A model generated the notes under the pieces. It searched no databases and had not been told where the DNA came from. It was given only the letters and a program-made list of their open reading frames with translations. Shown here piece by piece: positions 47,024-49,791 of a stretch of 49,791 nucleotides of DNA; position 1 is the first letter of the stretch; each line of letters starts with the position of its first letter. Location: the NCBI GenBank assembly GCA_044356115.1, contig JBIKWU010000001.1, forward strand, positions 1-49,791, written 5' to 3'. A program made the translations under genes and the position numbers. The DNA is from Burkholderiaceae bacterium (GTDB lineage Bacteria; Pseudomonadota; Gammaproteobacteria; Burkholderiales; Burkholderiaceae_E).

Positions 47024-48192
47024 AGATCCGATCGGTCAGGGCCACCTGGGTGCATGTGCCCATCCCGCCCGCGCAGCAGCATGTCAGCGACTTCGGTCGC
47101 ATCGCCTCCTTCGATGCCACGCTGGTGCGCATCGAGACCGAGTGCGGCCTGGTGGGCTGGGGGGAGGCCAAGGAGGAAGTGGGCAGCGCCGGCAACAACC
47201 ACGGCCTGACCGCGCTGATCAACCACAAGTTCGGCCCGGCCCTGATCGGCGAGGATCCGCGCGACATCAACCGCATCTGGGAGCGGCTCTACAACGGCGT
47301 GCGCGACCATTACGCGCTGGCCGAGGGCCATGTGTTTCCCATCCTGGGGCGCCGCGGGATCAGCGTGTCGGCGATCGGCGGCATCGACATGGCGCTCTGG
47401 GACATCCTGGGCAAGTCGTTGGGCGCGCCGGTGTGGCGACTGCTCGGCGGGCGGCGCGCGCCGGCCATGCCCGCGTATGCCTCGGGCGGCTGGGCCGACG
47501 CCGCGGGCATCGGCGAGCAATTGCTCTCCTACGTGCGCCGTGGCGGCTTCCGGGCGGTGAAGATGCGGGTCGGCGTGATCGACGGCCCGGTGCGCAACTC
47601 GGTAGCCCGGGTGCGCGCGGCGCGTGCCGCGCTCGGACCCGACATCGGCCTGATGTGCGATGCCCACGGCACCTACACCGTCTCGCAGGCCCGCCAGTTC
47701 TGCCGCGAGGTGGAAGACTGCGACCTCACCTGGTTCGAGGAGCCGGTCACCGCCGACGACCATCGCGGCCTGGCGCAGGTGCGCGCCGGCACCTCGGTGC
47801 CGATCGCCATCGGCGAGAGCGAGTTCACCCGCCATGACTTCCTCGATGTTGCCGCGCTCGGCGGCGCCGACGTGTTCCAGCCCGACCTCGCCATCTGCGG
47901 CGGCATCAGCGAGGCGATGCGCATCGGCGCGATCGCCAGCGCCTACAACCTGCGGCTGGCCCCGCACCTCTGGACCGGCGCGCTCGCCTTCGCGGCCGGC
48001 CTGCACGTGACCGCGGCCTGTCCGGCGGGCTGGATCCTCGAGTATTCCCTGGGCGCCAACCCGCTGCTGCACGAGCTCGCGCACGAGCGCTTCACGGTGG
48101 TCGACGGCATGATCGAGATCCCCGATCGGCCGGGTCTGGGCGTGACCATCGACGAGGCCTTCGTGGCGCGCTGGGCGGTGCCCGCGCCCTGA
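47020..48192 (+). CDS. Mandelate racemase/muconate lactonizing enzyme (enolase superfamily) protein
   Basis: ATGA overlap with the upstream gene. GWGE, IDMALWDILGK, YASGGW, KMRVG, metal ligands CDAH/WFEEP/IGESE, QPD, APH and PDRPGLG. Confidence 0.93.
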   Translation: MKIRSVRATWVHVPIPPAQQHVSDFGRIASFDATLVRIETECGLVGWGEAKEEVGSAGNNHGLTALINHKFGPALIGEDPRDINRIWERLYNGVRDHYALAEGHVFPILGRRGISVSAIGGIDMALWDILGKSLGAPVWRLLGGRRAPAMPAYASGGWADAAGIGEQLLSYVRRGGFRAVKMRVGVIDGPVRNSVARVRAARAALGPDIGLMCDAHGTYTVSQARQFCREVEDCDLTWFEEPVTADDHRGLAQVRAGTSVPIAIGESEFTRHDFLDVAALGGADVFQPDLAICGGISEAMRIGAIASAYNLRLAPHLWTGALAFAAGLHVTAACPAGWILEYSLGANPLLHELAHERFTVVDGMIEIPDRPGLGVTIDEAFVARWAVPAP

Positions 48193-48276
48193 GCGCGGCG
48201 CCGGCGCCTGCCACCGAGCCCGCGCGGCCTCGTCCGTCCTGCAGCCAGTCCCGCTCGTCAACCCTCAGGAGTTCCC

Positions 48277-49263
48277 ATGATCCGCATTCGCCGCCGTCTC
48301 AGCGCCTCGCTCGCCCTGCTCGCCGGGGCTGGCCTCGCGCCGCGCGCGTTCGCGCAGGCCGCCGAGTACCCCGCCCGGCCGATCCGCATCATCGTTCCCT
48401 TCGCGCCAGGTGGCGCTACCGACGTGCTCGCCCGCCTCTTCGGCGGCAAGCTCGCCGAGGCCTGGGGGCAGCAGGTGGTGGTCGAGAACAAGCCCGGCGC
48501 CGGGGGCAACATCGGAGCCGAGGCCGGCGCCCGTGCCCCGGCCGATGGCTACACCCTGACCCTGTGCGCCGCCGGCTTCATGGCGGTCAACCCCTCGCTC
48601 TATGCCAAGCTGCCCTACGACCCGGTGCGCGACTTCGCACCGGTGGCGTTGCTGGTGAAGGCGCCCTTGCTGCTGGTGGTCAACCCCTCGGTGCCGGCGC
48701 GCAGCACCCGCGAGCTGGTCGACTGGGCGCGGGCCAACCCGGGCCGACTGACCATCGGCAATGGCGGCCAGGGCACGGCGCAGCACCTGGGCGGCGAACT
48801 GTTCACGGCGGCTGCCGGCATCCGCGCGGTGCACCTGCCCTACAAGGGCAGCGCCCCGGCCACCACCGATCTGCTCGCCGGCGTGTTCGACGCGCAGTTC
48901 GACAACATGGTCACGCTGCTGCCCCACGTGAAGTCGGGCAAGCTGCGCGCGCTCGGGGTCTCGTCCAGCGCCCGGGTGCCGGTGCTGCCCGAGGTGCCCA
49001 CCATCGCGGAGTCGGCGCTGCCGGGCTTCGAGACCGGGACCTGGTACGGCATCGTGGCCCCGGCGGCCACACCGGTGCCGGTGCTCGAGAAGCTCAACCG
49101 CGAGATCGCCCGGATCGTGGCGCTGCCCGACGTCGCCGAGCGGCTGCAGGCCATGGGGCTGCTGCCCTCGGTGGGGCCGCGGGCGGTCTTCGGCGAGTTC
49201 ATCCGCAGCGAGATCGCGCAATACGGCAAGCTGATCCGCAGCGCCGGCATCCGGCTCGACTGA
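48277..49263 (+). CDS. Bug/TctC substrate-binding protein
   Basis: AGGAG RBS, RRRL leader, YPARPIRIIVPFAPGGATD, ENKPGAGG and HLPYKGSAPA. Confidence 0.95.
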   Translation: MIRIRRRLSASLALLAGAGLAPRAFAQAAEYPARPIRIIVPFAPGGATDVLARLFGGKLAEAWGQQVVVENKPGAGGNIGAEAGARAPADGYTLTLCAAGFMAVNPSLYAKLPYDPVRDFAPVALLVKAPLLLVVNPSVPARSTRELVDWARANPGRLTIGNGGQGTAQHLGGELFTAAAGIRAVHLPYKGSAPATTDLLAGVFDAQFDNMVTLLPHVKSGKLRALGVSSSARVPVLPEVPTIAESALPGFETGTWYGIVAPAATPVPVLEKLNREIARIVALPDVAERLQAMGLLPSVGPRAVFGEFIRSEIAQYGKLIRSAGIRLD

Positions 49264-49339
49264 GCCCGCCGCGTCGGCCTTCCGCGCGACTGACCCCGCC
49301 GCGCCAGCAACCGGCCCGAGAGGGCCCGGGGCGCCGCGA

Positions 49340-49791
49340 TCAGGCCGCGCCGGTGCCGGTCGCGCGGGCCGCCTCGCGCTCGCGCAGCCGGAAGCGCTGG
49401 ATCTTGCCGGTGGCGGTCTTGGGCAACTCCTCGAGGAACTCGATCTGCCGCGGGTACTTGTAGGGCGCCAGGCGCTCCTTCACGAAGGCCTTGAGCGTGT
49501 CGTCGTCGACGCGGGCGCCGGGCTTGAGGACCACGAAGGCCTTGGCGCGGGTCAGGCCGTCGCCGTCGGTCACGCCGATCACGGCCGACTCCAGCACCGC
49601 GGGGTGCTGCACCAGCGTGGCTTCCACCTCGAAGGGCGAGACATAGATGCCGCTCACCTTGAGCATGTCGTCGCTGCGCCCGGCGTAGGTGTAGCTGCCG
49701 TCGGCATTGCGCTGGTACTTGTCGCCACTGCGGGTCCAGGCGCCCTGGAAGGTCTCGCGCGACTTCTCGCGGTTGCCCCAGTACATCAGGG
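49340..49791 (-). CDS. Benzoate-CoA ligase family, C-terminal part (5' end beyond window)
   Basis: YWGNREKSRETFQGAWTRSGDKY, GRSDDMLKVSGIYVSPFEVE, LAPYKYPR and LPKTATGKIQRF. Confidence 0.88.
   Translation of the reverse strand, partial: LMYWGNREKSRETFQGAWTRSGDKYQRNADGSYTYAGRSDDMLKVSGIYVSPFEVEATLVQHPAVLESAVIGVTDGDGLTRAKAFVVLKPGARVDDDTLKAFVKERLAPYKYPRQIEFLEELPKTATGKIQRFRLREREAARATGTGAA

Noticed and set aside
1-49791. Mobile element, prophage or low-GC island
   Set aside because: No transposase, integrase, phage or tRNA sequence was recognised, and composition looks uniform by eye.

Overview
A very GC-rich (roughly 70-75% by eye), gene-dense chromosomal segment, most likely from a Burkholderiales betaproteobacterium. 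That assignment is inferred from five Bug/TctC-type binding proteins, gltIJKL and a benzoate-CoA ligase-like gene. I find 44 credible CDS, two of them cut by the window edges. Almost all encode organic-acid, acyl-CoA or amide catabolism and transport: an acyl-CoA dehydrogenase, CoA-transferase, crotonases and acyl-CoA ligases, an amidase, a MmgE/PrpD protein, a class II aldolase, two atypical D-2-hydroxyacid dehydrogenases, a cytoplasmic GGT/Ntn hydrolase, a mandelate-racemase-family enzyme, and a CoxMSL-like molybdo-flavoenzyme. Also present are a core (MesD-like) methionine synthase, a Nudix-MBL fusion, an exported caspase-like protein with a tandem-repeat linker and a PAS-GGDEF cyclase. I see no rRNA, tRNA, CRISPR array, transposase, integrase or phage gene, and no DNA-binding regulator in 50 kb. 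I cannot demonstrate a wholly new system from sequence alone. The best candidates are the GGT-dehydrogenase-enolase-Bug cluster (with its paralogous aldolase-PrpD-Bug-dehydrogenase cluster), the MesD-like gene lacking mesX, the Nudix-MBL fusion and the exported caspase-like protein. Family calls come from my reading of motifs, not from database searches. Several starts were moved from the ORF track to better supported ATG/GTG codons.
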